Assembly (NCBI GenBank): GCA_035358715.1
Contig: DAOPPX010000005.1
Coordinates: 25 to 64,024 of the forward strand
From: Verrucomicrobiota bacterium
Lineage (GTDB): Bacteria; Verrucomicrobiota; Verrucomicrobiia; Limisphaerales; UBA8199
Direction: 5' to 3'
DNA: 64,000 nucleotides
The position numbers and the translations under genes are program-made. The notes under the pieces were generated by a model, which was not told the DNA's origin, did not search any database, and worked only from the letters and a program-made list of their open reading frames with translations. Shown one piece after another: positions 9,068-17,670 of this stretch; within the stretch, counting starts at the first letter, position 1, and each line of letters begins with the position of its first letter.

Positions 9068-10126
9068 TCAGTGTTTCGGTGTCACGGATTCTCGCACCTT
9101 GGCAACGAGGGAGCGGAGGTGTTCGGCGCCTCTGACGCTGGCGGAGCTGATCGTGTCCGCGCTGAGCGCGAAACGACCAAGGCCGGAGATGTCCTGTCCC
9201 CCAAGGCCCTGCTTAAAGTGATAGACACCCGGGTTTGTCTCCGGGTTGATTCCACCAAGGTCGTACCAGCGGCAGCCGCGTTCTTTCAATCGCTGCATGA
9301 AAGTCCATTGCAGGAGGTAGGAGCCTTTGGTCTTCATTCCCTCGTCGCTGGTGGCGCCCAGGAGGTAAATGCCCCTGTCCCCGGTCACAGCCCCAATCAG
9401 GGCGGTCATTGGGCGGTCCGCTCTGAGGCTCAGTAGAATCAGCATTTTTTGGTTCTCCGCAAGCCGGTCCTGGATGCGACGGAATTCCTCCGGGTCCACG
9501 GTGGTTTCAAATTGTTTGCGAGCCATCATCTCGCGGTAAAGGTCCAGAAACTGGGAAAAGAGGTCGTCACTGGTGCCCTCTACGACGGTGAGGCCGTTGC
9601 GCTCCGCTCCGTTCAACTGGTTCCGCCACTTTTGATCCAGGCGTTTTCGCAGTTGGTCCAGGGGCGGCGACAGGTCCACGCGAAATGTGCGATAGGGCTT
9701 TGCCTCGGCGTCGTTGTTAAACCCGAGTTCCTCCAAAACATGGAGCGTTCGGACCCCCTTGGGGTCCTGTGCGAAGGGACGGGGGACGATGCGCAGAAGC
9801 AGGCGTCGGCGCTCCACATATTCGGCAACAATCGCCCGCAACGCCTCGCGGAAGACAGTCTCATCCCAAACCCCGCCCGCTGGTGTGCAGACGGGGCCCC
9901 AGCGCAGGTAGGCGACGCCCCGGCTGATCAGGGGAAGCCGGACAAGGCGGAACTGGGCAGCGGCAACGGGCCTTTCCCCGGCTTTCAAAACGAAGTGGCT
10001 CAGTTGCTTTTCGCCCCACGAGACCGCTCCGTAAGCCCAGGTTTGATACAGGCTGGCATCGGCGAACTGATCGAGCAGGTTGCTCCACTCGGGTTCGGTG
10101 ATCTTGTCAATTTCGGTAGTAAACAT
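9068..10126 (-). CDS. FemAB-family (GNAT-fold) aminoacyl/peptidyl transferase-like protein, PEP-CTERM-locus type
   Basis: Length (352 aa) and sequence pattern match FemAB-related proteins of exosortase EPS loci (WAYGAVSW, LLGATSDEGMKTKGSYLLQW, YDLGGI). Confidence 0.8.
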   Translation of the reverse strand: MFTTEIDKITEPEWSNLLDQFADASLYQTWAYGAVSWGEKQLSHFVLKAGERPVAAAQFRLVRLPLISRGVAYLRWGPVCTPAGGVWDETVFREALRAIVAEYVERRRLLLRIVPRPFAQDPKGVRTLHVLEELGFNNDAEAKPYRTFRVDLSPPLDQLRKRLDQKWRNQLNGAERNGLTVVEGTSDDLFSQFLDLYREMMARKQFETTVDPEEFRRIQDRLAENQKMLILLSLRADRPMTALIGAVTGDRGIYLLGATSDEGMKTKGSYLLQWTFMQRLKERGCRWYDLGGINPETNPGVYHFKQGLGGQDISGLGRFALSADTISSASVRGAEHLRSLVAKVRESVTPKH

Positions 10127-10127
10127 G

Positions 10128-10172
10128 GCTACTGACTACTGACCACGGACCACAGACCACGGACTACTGACC
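10128..10172. repeat. Heptamer array GAC(C/T)ACN, about 6 units (arm T1)
   Basis: Read directly as gctact gactact gaccacg gaccaca gaccacg gactact gacc. It spans the spacer between the four-helix-bundle gene stop and the FemAB gene start. Confidence 0.8.
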
Positions 10173-10553
10173 GCTGACGATACGGCTGAGCCCGAGGACG
10201 ACGGCGCTGGTGAGGAGAGCCATGACTCTAGTCGGTTTGCCGGACTCGCGTTCCACGGCTTTGATCAGACCGTGGAGACAGGCGAAAGTGGTTTTAGTAT
10301 TACCAGCCAATCGTTGGCTCTCGGCCGGATTCAAGTATCCCAGCCGTTGCGCAAGGCGGATGAAGTATTGCGTCTCGGCCAAGGAACCGCGCGCGATGTA
10401 GAGAAAATGGAGGTAGTCTCGCTTGCTTTCGCGAGATGATCCCTCGGCAATATTGGCCGGGACCGAATAGGCCGCCCGCCGCAACTGACTAGTCAGCCCG
10501 TAGAGCTCTTCCCTTGGAAAAGCGCGCGTGCCTTCGTACACGGTCACCGTCAA
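10164..10553 (-). CDS. Four-helix-bundle protein (23S rRNA intervening-sequence protein / Avd family)
   Basis: Family hallmarks are present: FPREELYGLTSQLRRAAYSVPANIAEG and ARGSLAETQYFI. The ORF-track start is a TTG. In-frame family-like sequence (RDYTKIEAWKLADDL) continues upstream to a stop at 10620-10622 with no ATG or GTG. Confidence 0.85.
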   Translation of the reverse strand: MTVTVYEGTRAFPREELYGLTSQLRRAAYSVPANIAEGSSRESKRDYLHFLYIARGSLAETQYFIRLAQRLGYLNPAESQRLAGNTKTTFACLHGLIKAVERESGKPTRVMALLTSAVVLGLSRIVSGQ

Positions 10554-10658
10554 ATCATCAGCGAGCTTCCAAGCCTCAATCTTCGTGTAGTCACGGACGC
10601 CCGAATGTTCTGTTTGTAGTCAAAGGTCTATTCTCTGATGTCCCACCTCCAAGCAGGA

Positions 10659-10693
10659 GGTCTGTTGTCAGTGGTCCGTTGTCTTGTGGTCTC
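10659..10693. repeat. Inverted copy of the GACNAC heptamer array (arm T2)
   Basis: The plus strand reads ggtctgttgtcagtggtccgttgtcttgtggtctc. Its reverse complement is gagaccacaagacaacggaccactgacaacagacc, again GACNAC heptamers. It overlaps the 3' end of the deacetylase CDS. Confidence 0.75.
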
Positions 10694-11483
10694 TTCTCCC
10701 CAGCCAGCGATAGGCGCCGAGGATCTTAAGGCGGAATTCCAGCGGCGACATGTCGGGGTCCACGCTGGCGCGGCCGATTGGGATGTTTGAAGGTTGAGAA
10801 CTGAGGGTTGAGAGTGGAACAAAGTCGGGCTTGCTGCAAAAGATGTGCGTGTAGCCGGCGGCGCGAGCCTGCTGGTCCAGGGCAGGGGTGCGCGCGCCAA
10901 AGGGGTAGCTGAACTGGTTCACGGGCCGACCAACGATCTCTTCCAACCGGGCTTTAGAGCGCGACAACTCCTCAAAGGCGGCGTGAGAGTCGAGGTCGGG
11001 AAGATTGGCGTGGGTGACTGTGTGCGAGGCGACCTTCACGAGGGGGCCACGCGCGAGCTTGCGCAATTCATCTGCGGTCATAACGCGGTCTTCGCGGACT
11101 GCGGGATGGGCGTGCTTGAGCCAATCGGGCTTCTGACCAAGCCGTCCGGAGGGGATGAAAATGGTCCAAGGGATTTGCCTGGCTTCAAGTTCGGGCGCGG
11201 CGTTCTGCAGAACGCTGATAAAGCCGTCGTCGAAGGTGACGGACACATATCGCGTACCGGCACAGAGGTCGCCTTTCGGGTTCGTAGTTACAGGTCGGGC
11301 AACCTTGAGAATGGTATCAAGCTGGCTCGCGAACAGGGCCCGACTCTGCGCGGGAATGGCGTGGTAATAAAGCACCATGCAGCGGGGCGGCAAGGGCTTG
11401 CCGATCAGCCAAAAGAACGCGTCGTGGAGGATATCCCAGGCGCGGAGAAGAAGGCTGATCGCCAATTTTGCTGAACGCTTCAT
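10668..11483 (-). CDS. Polysaccharide deacetylase (CE4 / NodB homology)
   Basis: The motifs VTFDDGF and ASHTVTHANL are present. I chose the ATG at 11483; the ORF-track start at 11486 is a TTG one codon upstream. Confidence 0.88.
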   Translation of the reverse strand: MKRSAKLAISLLLRAWDILHDAFFWLIGKPLPPRCMVLYYHAIPAQSRALFASQLDTILKVARPVTTNPKGDLCAGTRYVSVTFDDGFISVLQNAAPELEARQIPWTIFIPSGRLGQKPDWLKHAHPAVREDRVMTADELRKLARGPLVKVASHTVTHANLPDLDSHAAFEELSRSKARLEEIVGRPVNQFSYPFGARTPALDQQARAAGYTHIFCSKPDFVPLSTLSSQPSNIPIGRASVDPDMSPLEFRLKILGAYRWLGRRDHKTTDH

Positions 11484-11490
11484 CAAGAAC

Positions 11491-11594
11491 GACCACGGAC
11501 CGCGGACTGCGGACTACAGGACCACGAGACTACAGGACCACGAGACTACGGGACCACGAGACTACGGGACCACGAGACTACGGGACCACATGAC
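11491..11594. repeat. Tandem repeat: 4 heptamers (gaccacg gaccgcg gactgcg gactaca), then 4.7 copies of a 16-nt unit GGACCACGAGACTAC(A/G)
   Basis: Read directly. The 16-nt units start at 11519, 11535, 11551 and 11567, with a partial unit at 11583. The array fills the whole 111-nt spacer between two CDSs. Confidence 0.9.
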
Positions 11595-13400
11595 CTAAGA
11601 GTGCCATTGCTCGAACCAGAGTTTGAGGGTGAGCATTGGGATCAGGAGCCAGATGTCCTGCCCTTGGTAGGCGGCGGTTTCGGGACGTATGTCCCCGGGA
11701 CTCAGGACACGCCGGAAAAAGTCGCTCGCAGCGGCGTTGGGACGCCTCCAGAGATCCTGAAGCTGCTGGCTCTGCGCGACGTAGCGATACCAATCCGGCC
11801 ATGAACCATCGGTCCCAATGGAGTTGGTGCGGCGGCGGAGCTTGCGCCGGGCACGAGACCAATTCCCATGCAGGGTTTCAGAGAGGGAGGAGGCGCCCAC
11901 CGACGCGCCCGTGTTGGCATCAGGCACGCGAGAGAGAGCGCCATTACAGAGACGGCGCACCGCTTTGGTAAAGACGGAACGATTCAATTTCAGGCGCGAC
12001 GGGATCTTCCGGTAGACATCGAGCACCGCGCGGTCAGCCATTGGCAGGTACCAACCGGTGACGCGCTGGGGCACCAGGCGCTGCTGATTGTCGCCTTCGT
12101 AGCAGAGGGGAAAGGTCCGATGGACCTCAACCTGGAAAATGGCAGCGTCCGAGTTCTGGGATTGGTATTGGAGAGGGACGCGGGATTCCAGGCGCTCGCG
12201 AACCTGTTGGGTCAGCAAACCCGGGCGCCGCTGATGGCTGAAGTAGAATTCGTGTTGGAACGGAGCGATTTGCTCCCGACCGCTGAGCCAATGGGTCCTG
12301 CGGTTAAGGGGAAGGCCTTTGAAGAGGTAATCACAATAACAACCCGTCAGGAGGTTATCAGCCCCTTCAGCACGGAGGCGGCGGACGACACCTAAGAAGT
12401 GGTTGTTGGCAAAGGTGCCCATGCCACCGGAGGTCCGGGTACCGGCCTCGGCATTGAGTCCGTAGAATTCGAACTCACGCTGCCAGGGATGGAAAGCGAC
12501 CTGCAAGGCCCGGGCAATGGCCTGGGCCGAAGCCAGCTCGCGGTTTGGCTCGTTGTAGCAGCAGAAGGCAAAGACCAGGTCACGATTCTCCACGCAGGCG
12601 AGGAGAGCGCGCGAGTCGAGACCGCCGCTGAGAGCAACGGCAGTGCGCCCGAGGCGTCGCTGTGTGCGGCGGCGCACGGAAGTGCGAATGGCCTCAGCAA
12701 GCTCGGCGCCAAGATCGTCTTCGTCCTGACCCGGCTGCGACCCCAGGGAGATTTCGAGGTAGCGATAGGTCTGTATCCTGGACCGTGGCTGCGAGGACAG
12801 GTCAATCACAGTGGTGGTGGCGTGCGGGAGGGCGCGGATGCATCGGTAGTAGGTGGATGGAGGTGTAACAGTGCTGGTGAGCAGAAACTCGGTCATCGAG
12901 ACCTCGTCCAGACTCGCCTGCTCGCCAGTCAATACGGCCAGGACATCCGGGTGAGAGCAAAAGATGAACTTCTCGGCAGAGTCCAGCTGGTATGCAGGAA
13001 ATGCCCCAGCCCAATCTGTGACCAAGTGGAACGCGCACGCCAAGGGATCATAAATGAGAACCACACGATTCCCACCGAGTTGTTCGACGGCGGCGAGGCC
13101 GCGCTGGCGATAGATTGCGTATAGGGCTTTGCATGCCAGACCGCCATCGCCCGCCACTTTTTCGCCCCCCAGCCATTCCAAGTCGTCCATCGCCACGCGT
13201 CCGGCAAGAACAATGGTGGTGCCATCAGCCGCGCGGTAAGGCGCCCACAGATCGGCCCTCTCAGTTAGCGTCACGACGACGGAGAACAGGGGATCATCCA
13301 AAACTACTGATCGGCTATGTTCTGTGAATCGCAGCAACTCGGCAGCCCTTGCCGCGTGGCGCGCACTGGCAGGCCTAAAATCGAGATAAAAATCGCCCAT
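11595..13400 (-). CDS. Asparagine synthetase B-family (PP-loop) amidotransferase-like protein lacking the N-terminal catalytic Cys
   Basis: The PP-loop motif ALSGGLDSRAL is present and the length (601 aa) is AsnB-like. The N-terminus is MGDFYLDF, not MCG. Confidence 0.85.
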   Translation of the reverse strand: MGDFYLDFRPASARHAARAAELLRFTEHSRSVVLDDPLFSVVVTLTERADLWAPYRAADGTTIVLAGRVAMDDLEWLGGEKVAGDGGLACKALYAIYRQRGLAAVEQLGGNRVVLIYDPLACAFHLVTDWAGAFPAYQLDSAEKFIFCSHPDVLAVLTGEQASLDEVSMTEFLLTSTVTPPSTYYRCIRALPHATTTVIDLSSQPRSRIQTYRYLEISLGSQPGQDEDDLGAELAEAIRTSVRRRTQRRLGRTAVALSGGLDSRALLACVENRDLVFAFCCYNEPNRELASAQAIARALQVAFHPWQREFEFYGLNAEAGTRTSGGMGTFANNHFLGVVRRLRAEGADNLLTGCYCDYLFKGLPLNRRTHWLSGREQIAPFQHEFYFSHQRRPGLLTQQVRERLESRVPLQYQSQNSDAAIFQVEVHRTFPLCYEGDNQQRLVPQRVTGWYLPMADRAVLDVYRKIPSRLKLNRSVFTKAVRRLCNGALSRVPDANTGASVGASSLSETLHGNWSRARRKLRRRTNSIGTDGSWPDWYRYVAQSQQLQDLWRRPNAAASDFFRRVLSPGDIRPETAAYQGQDIWLLIPMLTLKLWFEQWHS

Positions 13401-13447
13401 TTTCGACGTGGAGTACCGGAGCGCCGGCGTAGTCGGGGGATCAGTGG

Positions 13448-14332
13448 TTAGTGATCAGACGTCCAGAGGCTCTCTCTGCCGAAGAGGCGGTTGAGTTGCT
13501 GGCGACGGAGATAACGGATGAGATTTGGGTCTGGCACCTGCGGAAGACGTTTCAGGTAGCCGGCGAGGAAACCAACCAAAAGGCCCCCGGCAGCCACGCC
13601 GTGAGGGGATTCAAAAGCCCTCTTGAAGCACTTGAGCAGCATGAAAAGGGGATGGTAGCCGGTGATGTAGTTGGCCCGGCCGTTCTTAACCCAGTTCTTC
13701 CACGAACCATCAGCGGACCCGGTGGGTTTGAGTTGGCAGATGCGCAGCTCACGAAAGGAGTAGGTTCTCCAGCCAAGCATGTTGGCTTTCAACTCGTCAA
13801 TGGTATCCCACCCAGGTGCGGGGACGAGTCTGCCGATGGCGGCCCAGGCAGCGCGACGGTAGATTTTTGTGGCGCCGCGCACGTGGAACGCGGGATCGCC
13901 TGGCGAGTCTTCAACCGCAGCTCCGTTGATTTGATGGTAAACCCTGCCACCGCCGATTCCCAAGCGAGGATCCCGAGCGAACCGTTCGAAGCAACCTTCG
14001 AAGTAGTTGGCCGGAAAAGACAAGTCCCCGTCAAGCTTAACCAGGAAATCCCACGCCTCGTTTTCCACCAACCGATAACCTTCATAGAAGGCCTCGACTA
14101 CCCCGCCACCTTGTTTGCGAAATCCGCGGTCAGGGCGGGTCACCGAGCGTATCCATCCATGCTGGCTCCTGGCATGCTCAATAACTTTGGGGGTGCCGTC
14201 CGTCGAACCATCGTCTACGAGCACCCAGAGGGAAGGTCTTACAGTCTGGCTGGTGACGGAAACAACTGTGGCCGGAAGATTTGCCTCCTCATTCCGCACC
14301 GGGGTGACGATGACATAGCTAGCCGGGGCCAT
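13448..14332 (-). CDS. Glycosyltransferase family 2
   Basis: YVIVTPVRNEEANL...VLVDDGSTDGT is the GT2 signature. I chose the internal ATG at 14332. The ORF-track N-terminal extension overlaps the upstream gene and is Arg-rich junk. Confidence 0.88.
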   Translation of the reverse strand: MAPASYVIVTPVRNEEANLPATVVSVTSQTVRPSLWVLVDDGSTDGTPKVIEHARSQHGWIRSVTRPDRGFRKQGGGVVEAFYEGYRLVENEAWDFLVKLDGDLSFPANYFEGCFERFARDPRLGIGGGRVYHQINGAAVEDSPGDPAFHVRGATKIYRRAAWAAIGRLVPAPGWDTIDELKANMLGWRTYSFRELRICQLKPTGSADGSWKNWVKNGRANYITGYHPLFMLLKCFKRAFESPHGVAAGGLLVGFLAGYLKRLPQVPDPNLIRYLRRQQLNRLFGRESLWTSDH

Positions 14333-14340
14333 ACCGAGAC

Positions 14341-15279
14341 CTAGTTCGAAAGCTCCCGGCCCTGGCAGTCGCTGCAGGCAACGCCATCCTTGATTCGATT
14401 GCGAGATGTTAGCTTCTTGAACAGAGCCTGCGGCCCGGCGAGCCAATCGTAATTGCCGTCGAGCTTTGCTTGGAAAAGGGCGAGGTCGTCCAGCGAATTT
14501 GCCGGCAGTCGTTTCAGGCTGAAAGGATCGTCGCCGGCGCAGACACGACCGAGCACCGTGGTGGCACAACAAGCATACCCTGCATCCACCAATAAATCTC
14601 TGAACGCGGCAACAAACGTCTTGGCGCCGCGGGGGAATGCATAGGGGTAGCAGAACGCGGTCACTGGTTCGCCAAGCTGCTGCTCCATTTCGGCCTTGGA
14701 GTCCGAGAGCTCAGACCTGATGCGGGGCCAATCCAGTTCCACGAGTTTGGGGTGGGTAACGGTATGGGAGCCGAAATCGATCCCCGCCTTTCGCATTTCG
14801 CGAACCTCGTTCCAAGACAGGCACTCTGCTCCAGCGGCTGGAGTCCGCCCCCTTAAGGCCGGAGCAAGGGAACCCGGAGCGAAAGCGCGACGCTTGTTGC
14901 CGATGAAAGCCGTGGCCAGGAACACTGCGGCAGTAAATCCGTGCTGCTGCAGGACAGGAAACGCCTCTGTGTAAAAGTTGCAGAAGCCGTCATCAAAGGT
15001 CAGCAAGACCGACCTCTCCGGAAAAGGCGTCCCGGCTCTAAGAAGCTCCAGGAGCCCGGGAAGGCTGAGAGATCTATAGCCATGTTCGGCGAGGAAGCCT
15101 ACATGATCACGGAAGACCCCGGGAGCCGTGTTGGTTCGGTAATAGCCTGAAACTCGAGGCTCGGGTGCGTCACTAATGCTGTGATACATCAGGATCGGCA
15201 GGCGCCCCCTCCTCGCAGTCCCTGTCAACCTGCCAAGTGGACGCTGAACGTGAAGGGTAATGGCCCGATCCCACCGCAT
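14341..15279 (-). CDS. Polysaccharide deacetylase (CE4 / NodB homology)
   Basis: The motifs LLTFDDGFCNFY, GSHTVTHPKL and ILMYHSI are present. Confidence 0.88.
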   Translation of the reverse strand: MRWDRAITLHVQRPLGRLTGTARRGRLPILMYHSISDAPEPRVSGYYRTNTAPGVFRDHVGFLAEHGYRSLSLPGLLELLRAGTPFPERSVLLTFDDGFCNFYTEAFPVLQQHGFTAAVFLATAFIGNKRRAFAPGSLAPALRGRTPAAGAECLSWNEVREMRKAGIDFGSHTVTHPKLVELDWPRIRSELSDSKAEMEQQLGEPVTAFCYPYAFPRGAKTFVAAFRDLLVDAGYACCATTVLGRVCAGDDPFSLKRLPANSLDDLALFQAKLDGNYDWLAGPQALFKKLTSRNRIKDGVACSDCQGRELSN

Positions 15280-15302
15280 CGGAACTGAACAAAGAGGCCG
15301 CC

Positions 15303-17549
15303 TTAGCGAACTTCCAGCATTTGTCCCTTCTCGCTGCTGGGTGCGCCGGAAGTGGCTTGCTTACTCGCGGGTTCCGACGGGGAAGAAAACTCAGCATCTG
15401 CCCTGCCGGTAGCTATCAGCGAATCCACCAGTCGCAGATAGGTGTGCTTGCGGCAATCCCAACTGTTTCGAGCGACGTACTCGGCCCCGTTGGCAACCAA
15501 CTGCTGGCGCAGGGAATCGTCTTGAGCGACTTCGAGTATAGCGTTAGCCAGAGCCTCGTGATCACCCGAGGGGAAGAACTTCACGATGGTGTCGTTGAAG
15601 TAAAAGCGGTCGATCCTGGTGCTGGAGATCACGACTGGGACCCCGACGGACATGAACTCCATGATCTTGGTACTGTAAGCCTCGTCACCGAAGGAGTCCG
15701 CGCGTTTGGGCACGATCCCGAGATCGGCATTGGCCATGATCTCGGCGATCTCCCGCAGCGGGAGCGGTTGGAAGAACAGGACTTTCTGCTCCAGACCCAG
15801 TTCTTTGGCGAGCGCTATCCAGGCGGATTTCATATTGCCATCGCCGTAAATGTGAAACTCGGCGTGGGGGAGTTGGGCGGAGACTTTCTGAAAAGCACGG
15901 ATCGCGACGTCCAGGCCCTGGTGCCACTGCAAGCCCCCTGGAAAGATCACTTGGAATTTGCCGTCCCGGCGGTGGCGCGGAAAGGGACGAAAGACCGTAG
16001 TGTCAACGTTGTTGATGAACACGGAGCACTTGTTCTTCGTCCCTGTGCGCGATGAGTATTTCCCGTGCCAGAGATGGTTGGCGATGATGACATGATGGGC
16101 GAAACGGGCGGACGCGCGCTCCAGCCGCTTCAGCAAGCTGACACCGTAAGATTCCTGCCCCTGGTTGAACTTGCTCGCGTAGAATTCGGGGACGATGTCA
16201 TGAATGTCTAGAATGATCCTGGCGCCAGTCAGCCTTGGATACCATCCTGCGAAGACAAGGAAATCCGGCACGTTGTGGATATGGAGCAAGTCGTAGGGCT
16301 TGCGGGCATGTTGGCGGGTAATCCAGAACGCCGACAAGACCAGAAAGCGCAGCACCGGAATTAGATACGAAAGCCGCCTCTTCTCTGACTTGCCGAAGCG
16401 AGACTGCAGGCGGACCAGGTTGACACGGCCTACCCTTTCGATAGTTGGCGATGTCCGCGAGGCCTGCAGCGCCAGGACATCTACCTGATCCCCACGTTCG
16501 GCCAAAGCTTCGGCATAGCGCGCGACCCGGGCATCGGTTCCGTAGAATGAATGCGTAACCATGCAGATGCGCCGCCCCCTCGAAACACGCGCCGTCTTCT
16601 GCCGCGCAATGAAGGACGCAAGCTCGCCGGGCAACGGCTGCCAGAAGGAATGGCCATAGCGCTGGAGGACATATTCCAGAAAGCGGGTATAGAGGCCCAC
16701 CGGGTAGCTGCGAGGCAGATCCGGATCGCCGTCGAACCGGGCGTAATCCGGATGAACATTGACGAGTGCCATGCCTCCGTGGCGGACGATCCAGTCGAGT
16801 TTCTGGAACCAGATATCGGGGTGGCGCTCGCCCAGGAGGAGAAACAGGGTGGAATCCTGAGGGAGGGTGTATGGAAGTTCGACGTAGCCACGGCCCGTTA
16901 GGGGGGGATGGGCGCCATTGCCTGAACCTTGAGAACCATTGACTGAAGCGGAAACCCAAAATGGGAAAATGGTCTCTTGACCATACGGTTGGGGCTCGAA
17001 AGGGTCTGTGTCGAACGTGGAGGCGTCATAGGCGACGTTCAGGTCGTGGATCCAATCAAGGTTATGCAGCATGAAACCGGAACGAAAACCATTCACGCCC
17101 CAGTCTTTAAGATAGCGGTTGATCTGAACGGCACGCCGGCTGAACTCCCTCCGGGTAAGAAACAACTTGCCGTCATGATACAGGTCGTGAATGCCAACCT
17201 CGAACCCCTTGGATTTTATGTGCTGGCGCAACTCGCGGGGACTCCGATATTGTCCTTCAGGAATCAGGTTAAAGGCGGAACGAAAACCCAATTGGATTTC
17301 GAGCTCCATCAGACGAGTCACCTTGTCCAGACCCGACTGGCCCTCGACGTCGTGGGTAAGGACCAAAGCGAATCGTTTGCCATCCGGCCAACCCGACCAC
17401 CCTTTGGGGGGCATCTCGGACCCTGGCGCAATTGGCCAGGTGGTTTCCACCCGCCGCCGCTTCCGAAGCGCAAACCACCGCCGAATAGCGAACCGGAAAG
17501 ACGACGGTAATAGCGGCTTGATTGAGTAGTATAGGCGGTTACGGAGCAT
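15303..17549 (-). CDS. Bifunctional protein: N-terminal deacetylase-like (CE4-like, tentative) domain fused to a C-terminal GT4 (group 1) glycosyltransferase
   Basis: The N-terminal ~330 aa contain LVLTHDVEG...GIHDLYHDG. The C-terminal ~400 aa have a GT-B/GT4 pattern (ICMVTHSFYG..., FPGGLQWHQGLD, EAYSTKIMEFMSVGVPVVIS). Confidence 0.8.
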   Translation of the reverse strand: MLRNRLYYSIKPLLPSSFRFAIRRWFALRKRRRVETTWPIAPGSEMPPKGWSGWPDGKRFALVLTHDVEGQSGLDKVTRLMELEIQLGFRSAFNLIPEGQYRSPRELRQHIKSKGFEVGIHDLYHDGKLFLTRREFSRRAVQINRYLKDWGVNGFRSGFMLHNLDWIHDLNVAYDASTFDTDPFEPQPYGQETIFPFWVSASVNGSQGSGNGAHPPLTGRGYVELPYTLPQDSTLFLLLGERHPDIWFQKLDWIVRHGGMALVNVHPDYARFDGDPDLPRSYPVGLYTRFLEYVLQRYGHSFWQPLPGELASFIARQKTARVSRGRRICMVTHSFYGTDARVARYAEALAERGDQVDVLALQASRTSPTIERVGRVNLVRLQSRFGKSEKRRLSYLIPVLRFLVLSAFWITRQHARKPYDLLHIHNVPDFLVFAGWYPRLTGARIILDIHDIVPEFYASKFNQGQESYGVSLLKRLERASARFAHHVIIANHLWHGKYSSRTGTKNKCSVFINNVDTTVFRPFPRHRRDGKFQVIFPGGLQWHQGLDVAIRAFQKVSAQLPHAEFHIYGDGNMKSAWIALAKELGLEQKVLFFQPLPLREIAEIMANADLGIVPKRADSFGDEAYSTKIMEFMSVGVPVVISSTRIDRFYFNDTIVKFFPSGDHEALANAILEVAQDDSLRQQLVANGAEYVARNSWDCRKHTYLRLVDSLIATGRADAEFSSPSEPASKQATSGAPSSEKGQMLEVR

Positions 17550-17670
17550 CTTCGAGCTACCAGGTGTCCGCGACGGACATGATCAGAGTCGAAACTGCGA
17601 GGGGCAACAATGTTGAGTGTGAACTCGAGTCATGAACTCCAGGCCCTCGGCTTGAAGCCGGGGCAGGCGC

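Noticed and set aside
10164-10553. The four-helix-bundle protein as the Avd component of a diversity-generating retroelement.
   Set aside because: No reverse transcriptase, template/variable repeat pair or target gene is present anywhere in the 64 kb. The family membership alone is insufficient.
11491-11594. Possible CRISPR array.
   Set aside because: The repeats are directly abutting 16-nt units (preceded by 7-nt units) with no spacers, and no cas genes are present in the window.
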